This document shows, piece by piece, positions 12,348 to 24,814 of a stretch of DNA of 64,000 bases. The stretch is from NCBI GenBank assembly GCA_001642005.1, contig LWCA01000025.1:1-64000 (forward strand), written 5' to 3'. A model generated the notes under the pieces. That model saw only the letters and a list, made by a program, of their open reading frames with translations. It ran no database searches and was not told the DNA's origin. Source of the DNA: Intoshia linei (Eukaryota > Animalia > Orthonectida). Numbering within the stretch: the first letter of the stretch is position 1; each line of letters opens with the position of its first letter. A program made the position numbers and the translations under genes.

Positions 12348-15300
12348 ATGAGCAAGGACGTTAGCGGTAACGTAGAAACAAGTTATTTAAGCATGTTTAA
12401 GCCTTCTAAGAAAATTCTAAAAGGAGTTGTAGCTGGTATGTTAATTTAAGAAATGTAGTGGTATAGTCAAGTATCTAACAATATTTTAGGTGGTATAACT
12501 GGCGGTATAGAAATTTGCATTACCTTTCCCACAGAGTATGTTAAAACGCAACTACAGTTGGATGAAAGATCTGCCAAACCAAAATATAAGGGGATTGCGG
12601 ATGTTGTCAATAAAACTGTCAAAAACCATGGAGTATCTGGTTTATATCGTGGCCTCACTGTTTTATTATACGGGTCTATCCCAAAGTCTGCTGTTAGGTT
12701 AACATAAAATTTTATAATTAATTTAATATGCATTTTAACTCAATAATAAACGCTAAATGTTGGATTTTTGGCGGATTTATTATAATGAATTACATATATT
12801 ATATACAATGTAATATAAATACATAAATTGTATATTTTTGTGATTTAATCAAAATTTCGATATTAAAGGAAATCTTTTATGAATAACTGTTCTTATAAAT
12901 ATAATAATAATTATAATTATTTTCGTCTCATTTATTCTAAGGTGCAAAAATTTTTCTTTCTTTCTTGGTGTACTATTTTTTTAATTCACATATTTTTTAA
13001 TTTCATCTGGTATATTTTTAATAAAAAAGTTTGAATAATTTCAATATTGCATAATGCTTAGATTATCACTTTTATTTTGCATAAAAATGTAATTTTATGA
13101 TAACACTGTTATCGTATATACCACTATGTAATTATTATATTATTATCTCAAATATATCTTCTTATTCGATATCATATGCAATATAATACAATATATATAA
13201 TACATGTCAATTGATGATTCCTGATTCAGGAATCCTGAATATTACATAGTGAATGATAAAATTTCAATTAACAAATTAAAATTATTATAGTATTTATTAA
13301 AAAAAAATTAGGAAATTTCTGTAAATTTTTTCACATCTCGATGTCCCGTTAATAAATAAATATTTTTATTTTTGAACGTTGAATATTATTGAATATTAAC
13401 AAATCACGGAAATTAATGAATGTATCAGAAATTTACAATAAAAGATTTAAATTTGATCAAATTATAGTTCATTATCATCGAAATTAATTATGGACTAGTT
13501 ATACTGCCATAACAGGGTCCACATCTTCGTACAGATGACACCATTAAATGGTCTGCCGATAAAAATTAATTGCTACTATCAAATGTATTGTAATGTACAA
13601 TATACGTTCTTTCACAATAAAAAGTATTTAAAAACTTCACAAATCGGTTTTTTAAAATTCTAAGAATTTTTATTTTTTAAAAAAAGGTAATGGAGGTTTT
13701 TAACCCTAAAAGCTTTAATTTCTGAGAATCAAATTTACGATAAAACATGACTCTCGAAAAACAGTAATAGAAATTGAGTTTTTTTAAATTCTATTACGCT
13801 TAAAGTTTAAATTAAACGGTAACACACCTGTAGAGATTACATTTTATACTAGTAAAAGATACATGTGGTACGATGAAACTACTGTTGTAAAATTGTAAAT
13901 GCGTCAAAAAGGGTGAGAACCTCTGGTCTATACAGTGGACACTCTAAAATTAAAATTTCAATGATAAAAGTGAAAAATGGTCTTTTTGGACTTTCACATT
14001 TCAACAAACTTGGTTTGACACTTAATTTGAATATTTGTTTTATAGACTTTCATAATAGGGCAGTTAAAAATATTTAAAGTAATTTTAAAATGATACACGA
14101 TTACTGAATAACACAAAAATAATTTTTATCGGGTTTGTACAAGTTTCACTCACCATTTTTTTAATTCTTAACTTGAAGCAAAGTTAATAACTACTGGTAT
14201 TGTAAAATATGATATTTTTAAGGTCAATTTTAACCAATTCGTCTTTGAAGGATTTTCTCTGTTTTTAATCAATTTTTTTTATTATAATTAATTAATTTAT
14301 TAGAAAACTAACCCTAGATATAACCATTTAAAAAATTTTTAAATTCCGTTATGTATATTTGTCAAATGATTATGAATATTTTTATCATTTTAAGGTTATT
14401 TTTAGATTTGGTTCTTTTGAACAATTTAAAAAAATGATTGGAAAAGAGGATGGCACGTTGTCACCAGGAAAGCGTATGCTGTGTGGGCTAGGGGCGGGTA
14501 TTACTGAAGCTGTTTTGGTCGTTACTCCAATGGAAACGATTAAAGTAAAGTTTATAGCCGATCAATCTTTACCAAAACCACAATATACAAGCTTTCGTCA
14601 AGGTGTCAGCCATATTATCAGAACTCAGGGTTTTTTATTATTAATTTAATATTATAAATGCGTTATAAATACAAATGTAATATAATTATACACGGAATTG
14701 TAGTATTAGATGATATTAATTTGTCTATTTTGTAATACTTAAAAATAAGTGCTAGTTATACCAAGGGCGTAATAATTGGTAAAATTTCTAAAATTTATTT
14801 CTGTTAGTGTTTATTTTGCTTAGTGTATAGATTATTACATTAATGGTTATTAACAGTTGGGTTTTACTTTTAAGCTAGACATAATTTGAATTGTATGTGA
14901 TAATCTCTTTGCCCATTTTTCTCTATGGTTCATTGTTTTTTTAACTGATTAGTAACAAGTAATAAATTACTATTACACAATGTACTCATGATTCATGAAT
15001 CTCTTTACTGTAATTAATAATTAATCTAATAAAAAATTTAATTATATCATTATATTCGGTTTTTGAGGCACTTTATAAAATTAGTTATCATAAAACGAGT
15101 TTATACTACATATACACATACTGTATTATAATAAAATAAATATTCATGTACAATATTTAAATAATTATTTATCAATGTATAATATTATTAATTAATTAAT
15201 AATTGTAATAATATATTTAAACTAAGTTGACTGTTATGTAATACGTACAAACAGGACCTAGCTCTGCCGAGAGCACATTTTTATTATACTTAAAAAATAA

Positions 15301-18300
15301 ATTCACGTTGAAAATCTAATTTAAAAATCCTACTATTCCTATTATCAACCCTTTAAAGGAGTGGTTCCCAAATTTGTTTCAGGTGAAATCATCATATCAC
15401 ATTACATTTTACTTTAAAGTGAATTATGTCATTTTAATTTTTTGTTTGTTAACATTTGCGTAAAGAATTTTAAAAACAATTGTTATCCCATTTTTTTAAT
15501 ATATTAGACAGAATGCGATGTTAAAATTTTTGATAATTTTGGTTTGAGTACACAAATGGATAGTTGTCTCATCGAGCCGTTTATATTCATAGGTTTGTTG
15601 GCCTATGTTATCTCAGAATTAACTTTGTATTTAATCTATGGAGTTTTCTACGTTATTACAAACTTTTATTCAGGGAAGAAATTACCAAAAAATATACTGG
15701 AAGACATTCTTAATAATGTATACATATATAATTTCATATATAGTGTACCACAAATAAGTTTCATGGCTACGGTATTCTTGATACATATGTTTAGGTCGTG
15801 TCATAATTTTTATTATTCGTTACTAATGATTGAAATATACAGTGTAATACATTCAAGACTTACCAATTACGTGTTTTCAGAGTTTAATACGATTTCAAAG
15901 ATGGTAATGAATATAGTTTGTCAATATATATTCATTAATTGCATTTATCTATTATATCACACTATCACTGAAATTTTCAACTGGAATAACAAGTTCAATA
16001 ATGAAATCTAACATCATAGTATCCATTTTCTCAGATATTTTATGTGACGGATTATTGGTTGTTTTAAATAAACATTATTAATTTTAACTTTTTGGGACAT
16101 TATCATACAATACATGTTCAATTTCAAAAATCTTTCTATTTCATATCATTACACAAACTGTGGTTCCCAAACTTTTTCCACCATGGATATCACCACTTTA
16201 TCAACAAAAAAATCGCTTTAAAATCTAACTGAGGTAATATTTATGTTTTAATTATATATTCATCCTTAAATGTAAAAATTTAAAATGTAGAATTTTTGAG
16301 ATGTAATATATAAATTTGCTAAAAAAAAGGCACGCAAAGTATTTATTAAGTGAAACTGTAATATTAATAATTATTCCGTTTTAATTTTTTTTTGTTAAAA
16401 TTTTAGCGTAAAGAATTTTAAAAACAATTATCCCATTTTTTTAATTTATCAGATAGAATGTGTGTATAATATTAAAAACAAAGTAAAAACAGTCCAATCC
16501 TAAAAATTGTCATGAAATTGGGTAGCAAATAAAAAAATTACCGAAGGAATGAATTATATAGATTTTCCCCCATATTTCTTTATTGTAAATATGTAGACGT
16601 TCACTGCATATTTTTTTGAAATTGTAGGATCAATATTTACATTTTCAATATATATTTTAATTGAAATATTTGAAAAATATTGATTGATAATATATTAAAA
16701 ATTATTTTTCATCGGGAATGCGATTTTTAAGGGTTGAACTTTTGTATTTATATCCACTGGAATAAGCTGTATGAGAATAATATTTTGTTCAATTTTCGGA
16801 CCGTTAATTATTTCACATTTTTTGTTTTAATAAAATATTTCGGATATATTATAATACTAAAATGTTTTGTTGACCGTGAAGTCGTCACTTATTCGGATTG
16901 AAATTTTCTGTGTGTGTTAACAGGATACAACTGTACCTACCTGTAAATTTTTTGAAATTCTAGGGCTGTTTTCATAAAAAAAGAAGGGTAATTTTTTTTT
17001 AAATTATAAGGTTGTTTTCATTAAAAAAGAAGGGTAAATGGTAGGGTTTTGGCCCTGAAGATATAATTTTTTTAAATTTAAATTTATGATAATGTTTATG
17101 ATTTTAAAATCCGTATCAGCGTATATATTTTTTTAAATTCTCGAACTCGTTTGATTTTCAAAAAAAAGACAATTGGGATATATATTTTTTTAAATTCTCC
17201 AACTCGTTTGATTTTCAAAAAGAGGGACAATTTTTTAAATTCTCCAACTCGTTTGATTTTCAAAAATAGAGACAATTGGGTTTTTGACCCGTAAGATGTG
17301 AGTTTGGTAGGTTGAAATTAATCGTATTATATCTTCCGGAAAAAACTGTAAATGAAATGTGAACTATAAAATTCTAAGACTGGTAGTTATTTAAATAAAA
17401 TTGAACACACACAAACAAAAATCGCGTAGCATATTATATAAGTAAGGATATATAAATGTCAAAGAGAAGATAGGGATGGTAGGGGAGAGAATAGAGATAA
17501 TAGGTAGTCATTTATTTTATTTTAAAAAAGTATTTTTCAAATTGAAGTTGATAGTTTTTAAATTTATACTTCATTTCGTTCGCTCTTTGTATACGACAGT
17601 AATTAATAATAATTATTATAGGCTAGTTACCGAGAGTATAATCTTTGTTTTCAATTTTTTATATTGGATAATTAATAATAAAATTTAAAATAATTTTGCA
17701 GACGTCGAGTGTAATCATCAGCCTCTATATATTAGGTTCAATGTACATTGGTGACATATTTCATTTATTGTTTGTTATTATTGTTATTGTTTGACTTATT
17801 ACTACTATATACTATTGTGTTTATTAACATTACATTGTCAAATTAAAGGATTATAGCGGTGTAATATGGATATGTGAGACTATAAAATGTACATAGTTTT
17901 TAAAAAAAATTTTAAACGTATTTTTATTTTCGGGTGGACTCGAACTGGGTAGGTTCGGCTCTGATGGAGAATGCTGATGGTCATTCTGATCTAGACGAAA
18001 GTGAGGGTACATCATTATAAATGAATTTTAAAGGAGTTCAAAGGTGTGTTAAAATATTTTGTATACGTTATTTTTAATTTTTTGGCTTTCCTGGGTCTGT
18101 ATGTATCTAAATTAGACTTTTAATATTAATATATTTACATGCTGTTAAGAATATAAATTTATCTCTCTTAATAAAATATTAGGCTTAAAAGGAACATATC
18201 AAGGTCTTCTAGCAACAATGATGAAACAAGGCAGTAATCAAGCCATGAGATTTTTTGTTGTTGAATCACTAAAAAGTGAATATAGAATAAAAAACAAATT

Positions 18301-21300
18301 ACAATCAAGAGATCCTATTCCTAAATTACTTACTGGGTTATTTGGTGCAATTGCTGGCGCGGTTTCAGTCTTCGGCAACACACCATTGGATGTAATAAAA
18401 ACACGCATGCAGGTAAACTTTATATACTAATCATTTATTTATAAATCGTTACTATGTAATACATATATATAGGGTGTGCACTAGGGTGTTAACTTTTTTT
18501 AAATCAAAAATACACGGTACTTTTATAAATATAATTTACGATCGACTGATTAAATTAACAATTTGATGGTCCAGTCATTCGTTTTCTAACATCGTTAACC
18601 TACTAAAAATAGTAATAATTGTAATAATAATGATATAAAATTAATGTTACAATTAATATTATAAACTAGTTCAGATTTCTAAATTAATAATTATTATATG
18701 CGTTTTAAAAAATAGGCGGAGAAAATTTCAATTAAACGTATTCATTTTTGTATATTCGTTATCAGCACACAAAAATACACCTATATGCTAATATACTTTT
18801 TGTTCTTTAAAAAAGTGGCCACCCTCATATATACTTATTTAGTACTTATGGACACACTACGTTAGTAGATAAAGACTAGTTTATTTGTATTCTCTACTAA
18901 CGGTGCTTGACTGTAATTGTAAGATTATAATCTAATTAAGATTACTAATGCCACGTGGTAAAAAATGAAATATTTTTGATAAGACACTAATTGATACTCT
19001 GAATTATAACGGTCATAGTGTAAATTTCATGTCAAAATATTTGAAACGGAGCAGATGTGCCATTTATAATTACGAAACAAATCTACCACAAATAAACAAA
19101 AAATTGCTGTTTTCGAATTCTTAAAAAAAATTCCTTTTTCAGTGAATGTGTTATAGTTTTTTTTATATTAGTGTAGCCTGTGCTATGAGTAGTAGGGTGT
19201 CACATTTTTTGAAAAATTTTAGAATTTTAATGACGTACTAGGTAGATTATATGTATTTAAAAAAAATAAGGATCCGATGACTAACTCTGTGAATTGCCCA
19301 CTAACGAAGTTGCGCTCATCAATTAACTAATTAAGTTAAATAATTGTAAATTTATTTAATACAGACACAATATTCTGGATTTCACTCTCTGTAGTGGATA
19401 TATTTATAGCTCTTTTATATTTTTGTAAAGCCCGTTCGGTTGGGTCATTTACCACGGGAGCTATTCCAATTTTTTTCAAATTTTTATAAATATAATAATT
19501 GTGATTATCATATTTTTTTCTCGCTGTTTCCACTACATTTTTGAGATGAATTGATCCCAAACTCAATAATTCCCAATTTGTTAACATTTCATTGTTAATT
19601 TTGCAAGCAATCAGAGGATCCCCACAACTGAGCCAATATTTTATATAGCCAAAATATATAAATAATATAAATGACTGCATAATATGTGACCTGTTGATTC
19701 CCAGAATATAGGCCTTCAAACAATAGATAATTTTGGCCATTCATCGAGCATGAGTTGCACTAGGTTTTAACAAATGTATTTTAGTACCATTAAATATTGC
19801 TATCAATAATTTGCAACATTCCTTATATTATAGTATTAATTATGTACAATGAGTAAGTTATACCGATAATCATCTCGAACCAAAAGACATTTATTCGTTA
19901 AAATTTGATTTATATTATTCATATCCTTGTTATAATTACATACAATTGTTGTTTGGTGTTGTGCATTATAGAATTGGCTATTATTTTTATATATTTTGGT
20001 TACTTTAATGAAATCGTTTCCGAGAATAGATGGTTGATCAGAATAACCAAAACATTCCTTAAATACATTTCCCAAGATCAGTTCCATTATATGGTGCCGG
20101 CAGGGAAGTTCAATAAATTTTTGATTTAAATAAGTCTGAAGGTGATCCATTATATATACCGGTATTAACAAATGTAGTGTAGAAACAAATACCTACAATT
20201 TTTTGTTCAATGTTCCACTGTTTAATGGTATACTAGTTGTACTTCCACGACCATCGTCTTGTTTAGGAATTCCTAATATAACTTCATATTTATCAATCAC
20301 ATCTACTGCTACAACTGATATTCTCTCACCATCATTAAATTTTTTTTTATCAAAATAAATAACAATGTCATTCATTTTTTTATTTATCTTTTAAAAGTAT
20401 TAAGTCTGATTTTCTTTGATGACTTAACCTTCTGCGCCTAGTATCATGCGATACGTTTATCAATGAAAACGATGCACGTAATGAAACATTTATTCTGTCA
20501 CACAATCGCAATTTATCTGTTAAATTATCACTATCATCATCGTTTGAAGTATTTGTTTCGTCACTAAATGAATATATAAAATCAGCTTTTGTGTAATTTC
20601 CATTTTTTTCGATTCTTTTTGATTTGAATTTATTTTGAGACTGTGATTGACATTTACTTTTTACAGCGACATATGGATGAGAAATTGTTGAAGGACCTGC
20701 CATGCTACCAATACAATTTTTTTGGGATTCTAAGAATGTAATATCTTTTTTCAGGCTTTTTGATTGATCCAATTTTGTACAATCAAACAAACTATTTAGT
20801 TTAGTTTTAAATGTTGCTGATCGTAATGTTCCAGGATGTTTTGACACCTAAAATTGTAGTTAATATATACAATAATATGAAATACAATAAAATACAATGT
20901 ATTACAATTCTATGTTCGTCATGTAGTTTTTTTAGTCGTTTGTTAATTCCAACAAAAGAAATTATATTCAAACCAGATTTTTTGTATATATCCAGAATTT
21001 CTTTTGAAATAACATTGAATACGTACATTTGTTTATTTTTCATTAAGTGAAGTATACGTTTCAGGACATCCATGTAGGATGGAAATTTTGATGTATTAAA
21101 TCTGAAACCCATAAATGGTCCACGAAACATATCGCCTTTTCTATTAGACATTTTATAAATTTATGCAGTTATTTCAAAATAAATTAAATAATGACAAATC
21201 CTATTGCGTTTCAATCTAAATCCAGTCACTAAGTACGTCTTAAACATATAGTGTATGATGAAATTTAATACGTATTCATTTTCATAATCTAGATACGACT

Positions 21301-22224
21301 ATTGATGTGGAATCCACATTGTAGATTAACGATTTTCACTATAAATAATTTAAATTTTGTTTAAATTGTTTAATAGCTATTGTTTTTAATTGAGAAGAGA
21401 AGACAACTGGTAATGATAAATATAAATAATGATAAATATAAATAATGATAAATATAAATAATGATAAATAATGGATAGTACTCACCAAAATTTTTCAAAC
21501 GCATACTGGTATCTACTGCCGAAAACCCGGCAGAAAGTTTTGACACATTTATGACTCGTTCATATTATCACTGCCGAATGTACCGTACGCCCAGACTCAT
21601 CTTCGCGGGAATCAAAGAAATTTTTATAAAATAGTGGCCTCGATTGAGTTTAGCCATAATTGAACATTAACAAATTATATTTTTGAATATCATAACTATT
21701 TTCTGTGATAAATTTGACATATCTACCAAGATCCTGAGAGAAGTGGCTAAGGCTATATGAATCTATGCATCGTTTGTGGAATTTTGAATTTTCAGTGACC
21801 TCGAGCTGGGTAGGTTCGGATCTGTAGATGATCATTAATCATATATCATCCTAACTTTCCATTCATTAATTTATTATTATTTTGTATTAATGGTCAGTAA
21901 TTTTGATTTTTTAATCGTAAATGATAAAATCAAAGTCAGTAAAAACGTATACGGTATTTGATTTAATTTTATAATTTTTCCACAAATTGTAATTTTAAAT
22001 TCAGAGCTTTGAAAGACACAAATATAAAGGAACATTTGACTGTGCCTACCAAATAGCTCGAAAAGAGGGTGCCTTAGCGTAATATATAATAAACAATTAA
22101 AACATAAATTGATAGATTTTACAAGGGAACTGTGCCGCGATTGAGTCGTGTTTGTTTAGATGTCGGGATAACGTTTATGATTTATGACACATTTATGGAA
22201 CTCTTTGATAAATACATAAAATAA
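12348..22224 (+). CDS. SLC25A1: mitochondrial tricarboxylate (citrate) carrier
   Basis: Exons 12348-12435, 12490-12697, 14406-14629, 18183-18412, 22005-22078 and 22116-22224. Three carrier signatures ([33 protein letters not shown]) plus citrate-carrier motifs [20 protein letters not shown] and [16 protein letters not shown]. Confidence 0.96.
15508..16011 (+). other. open hydrophobic exon-like frame inside the Helitron (possible captured or nested membrane-protein exon)
   Basis: Stop-free frame from just after TTTTTAATATATTAG (15507) to TAA at 16011, with several transmembrane-like stretches. Absent from the other Helitron copies. Confidence 0.4.
17128..17277. repeat. three-copy tandem amplification of a Helitron internal unit (about 43-54 bp)
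   Basis: TTTTTAAATTCTC(G/C)AACTCGTTTGATTTTCAAAA..GACAATT occurs three times here and once in the 39385-39425 copy. Confidence 0.8.
18482..18827. mobile_element. hATm-type MITE
   Basis: Termini TAGGGTGTTAACTTTTTTTAAA and TTTAAAAAAGTGGCCACCCT; same TAGGGTG end as the transposase-bearing element at 19193. Confidence 0.55.
19193..21500 (-). mobile_element. decayed hAT-superfamily (probably hATm clade) transposon with near full-length transposase pseudogene (21151 to 19336)
   Basis: Consecutive minus-strand ORFs carry [50 protein letters not shown] (CxxH), [16 protein letters not shown] and VVNDPTERA, with frameshifts and a TGG>TGA stop. Terminus TAGGGTGTCACATTTTTTGAAAAATTTT at 19193; partial inverted match near 21486-21500. 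Clade assignment is from recalled hATm features. Confidence 0.8.
21411..21470. repeat. 16-bp minisatellite (TAATGATAAATATAAA) x about 3.7
   Basis: Read directly from the sequence. Confidence 0.9.
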
Positions 22225-24633
22225 TTGTTTGTGAATTAAATATTTTAACGTGTAATGAGTTTATTTTTAATATTATAAATTGATGTGTACATTATTCACA
22301 AATGACATTTATTAATTAAATTAGTTGTAAAATATTGGTTTTTTGATGTAATCACTTGGTAAATATGAAATGAATAGCGGTACTAATAATACTAATGTTT
22401 TCCGTTACTTGCATTTATTTGTACAAATATTCACCTTTGTCGGTAACATAAACGCTACCCACAAAGAATTTGAAGCCTCGAGGTGATACTATAAAATAAA
22501 CTCTAAAATGTAATACATGTGATAAAATTAAATACACTAAAATTGTTAATTATCAAAGTAAATTGGTTAATGTGAAATGTCATTGAAAAGAAGCATACTG
22601 TTTTAGAGTAGCTTATGATTGAAAATGTAATAACAGTATTTTACAAAATTCTAGCAAACGACCTTAAATGTAGTTTAAGAACCGACCTATGTCGATAGGG
22701 TCAGCTACCAATTATAAATTTCATTATGTTGAGCATTTCAACCTACTGCTAATAGATTTTAGATAACTTGCGAACATATTGCGACGCATTCCATTAAATT
22801 AGATATTTATAGTATACTTTCATTGGGATTAATTGTAGATTTATTTTAAAATTATACAATTGAAATTATTAAGGTTTAAAGAATATCTAAAAATAAATTA
22901 TAATATTGAAAATTATAATTATAATCACAATATATGACACAATTTTGAACTGTCAGTGTTAAGAATTGGACGTTGAACTTTTATTAATATTTTATGTGGT
23001 GTAGCTATCAGTTGTGTTGTGTTAATGTTGTAATATACAAATATATTATTGCTTTTATCATGCAATGAAATTATACTATGATCCTTCACATTTCAACTTT
23101 CACATGGTGTGTGACTTGAATTTAAATTTTTGTAATTTACACTGGTTGGTTTTTAATTTATGCCATATATTTTATTTTTTGGTCATTATATAGGGCTTAT
23201 TAACATAATTTATTAAATTTATTTTAATTTGATTGAGATTTTGATCTTGGATTAGGAAGTGAAATTAAAGTTATTCTTTTACCTGGCTACTACTGAGTGG
23301 GTTAAAGATTAAAGTTTTAGTGGATAATTCTAAATGTGACTAAAATAAGGTTTTCTAGATATTTTAATAATATTTTTGAATACTAGTAGACGGGAATTTT
23401 AAATAAACGTTTTTCAAGGTTAATGTTTTGATAAACCTAAACTGATAATTTGCTAAATATTTATACAAGGTGGGTCCAAGAAAATGAGGGACACGAGGGT
23501 CAAAAATAGCAATATGGAAAGTTGGTAGCCATGATTGTTTTTTAAAATTACCCTATTTATATGATTAATCTTAAGACATCATGAATCACAACCGTCTCAA
23601 GGCGCATAGTAGCAGTTTCAGTTTTTCAGTGTACAAAGAAAGTACTTAAGTTCAATTTCACTTAAGATACTTCCAATTTGCTTCTTGTTTAAATTATAAT
23701 ATTTGCATATCTTTAAAAAGTTTTTTTAACATGTATAATATTATATTAAATAAATACTGCTCCCGACACTAAAAGTTGGTATACAACATCTTTTAAAAAA
23801 ATTCGTTAAATAATTTATTTTTTTAAAAATTTTGACTAATTTATTCGACCGACCATCATAATAAGCGCAGATCGCAGCATGTGGTCCGTGGACTGCCCTT
23901 TGGATCAAACTGGTCTATATAAAGAAAATATGGCATTATTCAATGCATTGATGTTATCTTGGCAATTTAATATTACGGCTGATAGTTTCTACATTCCAGT
24001 CGACATAGAATAAGATATCGGGGTAGTGGAGAGGGGCTAGGATCATATGACTACTATGGTAAATTAGTGTGTGATGTTAGAAAAAAATTTTTACAGTGGG
24101 GAAAAATTCTGTTACTAAACAGGGTAACGCTGAAAAAAACTGAAAAAAAAAATGGATGAACTAATAGTTGCATATTTAGAAATAAATTTTTGAGCAATAT
24201 TAACAAAAAAAAATTTTTTTTTTATAAATAATTTTATAAGTAAATTCCAGCTACCAATCTATCCGGTTCGTGATACATAAATAAGAGGTGAAAGATCGCT
24301 GAAATATAAAATAATTAAATGAATATAATGAAATTAAAAGAGATGATAATAAAATGGAAAAGCGTATGGATAAAATATATAAGGATGCATTGTAAAATAT
24401 TGATTTGTGTATTACGATAGATTATTAAATGATTAAATAAACGGCAATACCAGTCTAATGTTAATGTTGAGTAATATTAGAATATTGGTTAGGATTAGAA
24501 TGGATTTCGTATTGTAAAATTTTATTTAATAATTTATTAACTATAATGAATATGTAAAACTCTGAAAGGGCTAATACTAATAATGTATTTTCGAATTTTT
24601 ATCAACATTAATATTATTAAATCAAACTAAATA

Positions 24634-24814
24634 CAGTGGCGGATCCAAGAGACTAATTAATGGGGTGCGAGCGAAGCGAACAATACATTTAACTTCGCCG
24701 AAGACGAAAAATTATTAAGGGGGTCTCTTTAACATTAACATTACAACATTACAAAACAGTAATTAAAAATTTAGGGGTGAAACTGCACCTTCTTCACCCC
24801 TTGAATCCGCCCTG
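24634..24814. mobile_element. hAT-like MITE
   Basis: GC-rich island with termini CAGTGGCGGATCCAAG and CTTGAATCCGCCCTG; no clear TSD. Confidence 0.65.

Larger units (their letters stand above)
15223..17448 (-). mobile_element. non-autonomous Helitron-like element (longest copy in the window) in SLC25A1 intron 3
   Basis: On the minus strand it starts A|TCCTTACTTATATAATATGC and ends near hairpin GCTCTCGGCAGAGC ... GTCAACTTAG|T. Inserted at an AT site with no TSD. Collinear with copies at 38422-39533, 55360-55754 and 61828-62046. Confidence 0.75.

Noticed and set aside
12467-12733. 88-aa minus-strand ORF
   Set aside because: Antisense shadow of SLC25A1 exon 2.
19735-19750. TGA at a conserved Trp position (HAR*MAK) as evidence of an alternative genetic code
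   Set aside because: It lies in a frameshifted TE pseudogene. Host genes use TGG for Trp, and the M13 gene ends in TGA.
19905-21050. Plus-strand ORFs 19905-20129 and 20811-21050
   Set aside because: Antisense to the hAT transposase pseudogene.
17128-21470. Regularly spaced repeats resembling a CRISPR array
   Set aside because: These are tandem units with no unique spacers, in a eukaryotic context with no cas genes.
6339-22224. PICK1 and SLC25A1 adjacency as conserved synteny (both on human chromosome 22)
   Set aside because: They are megabases apart in human; microsynteny cannot be supported without comparative data.
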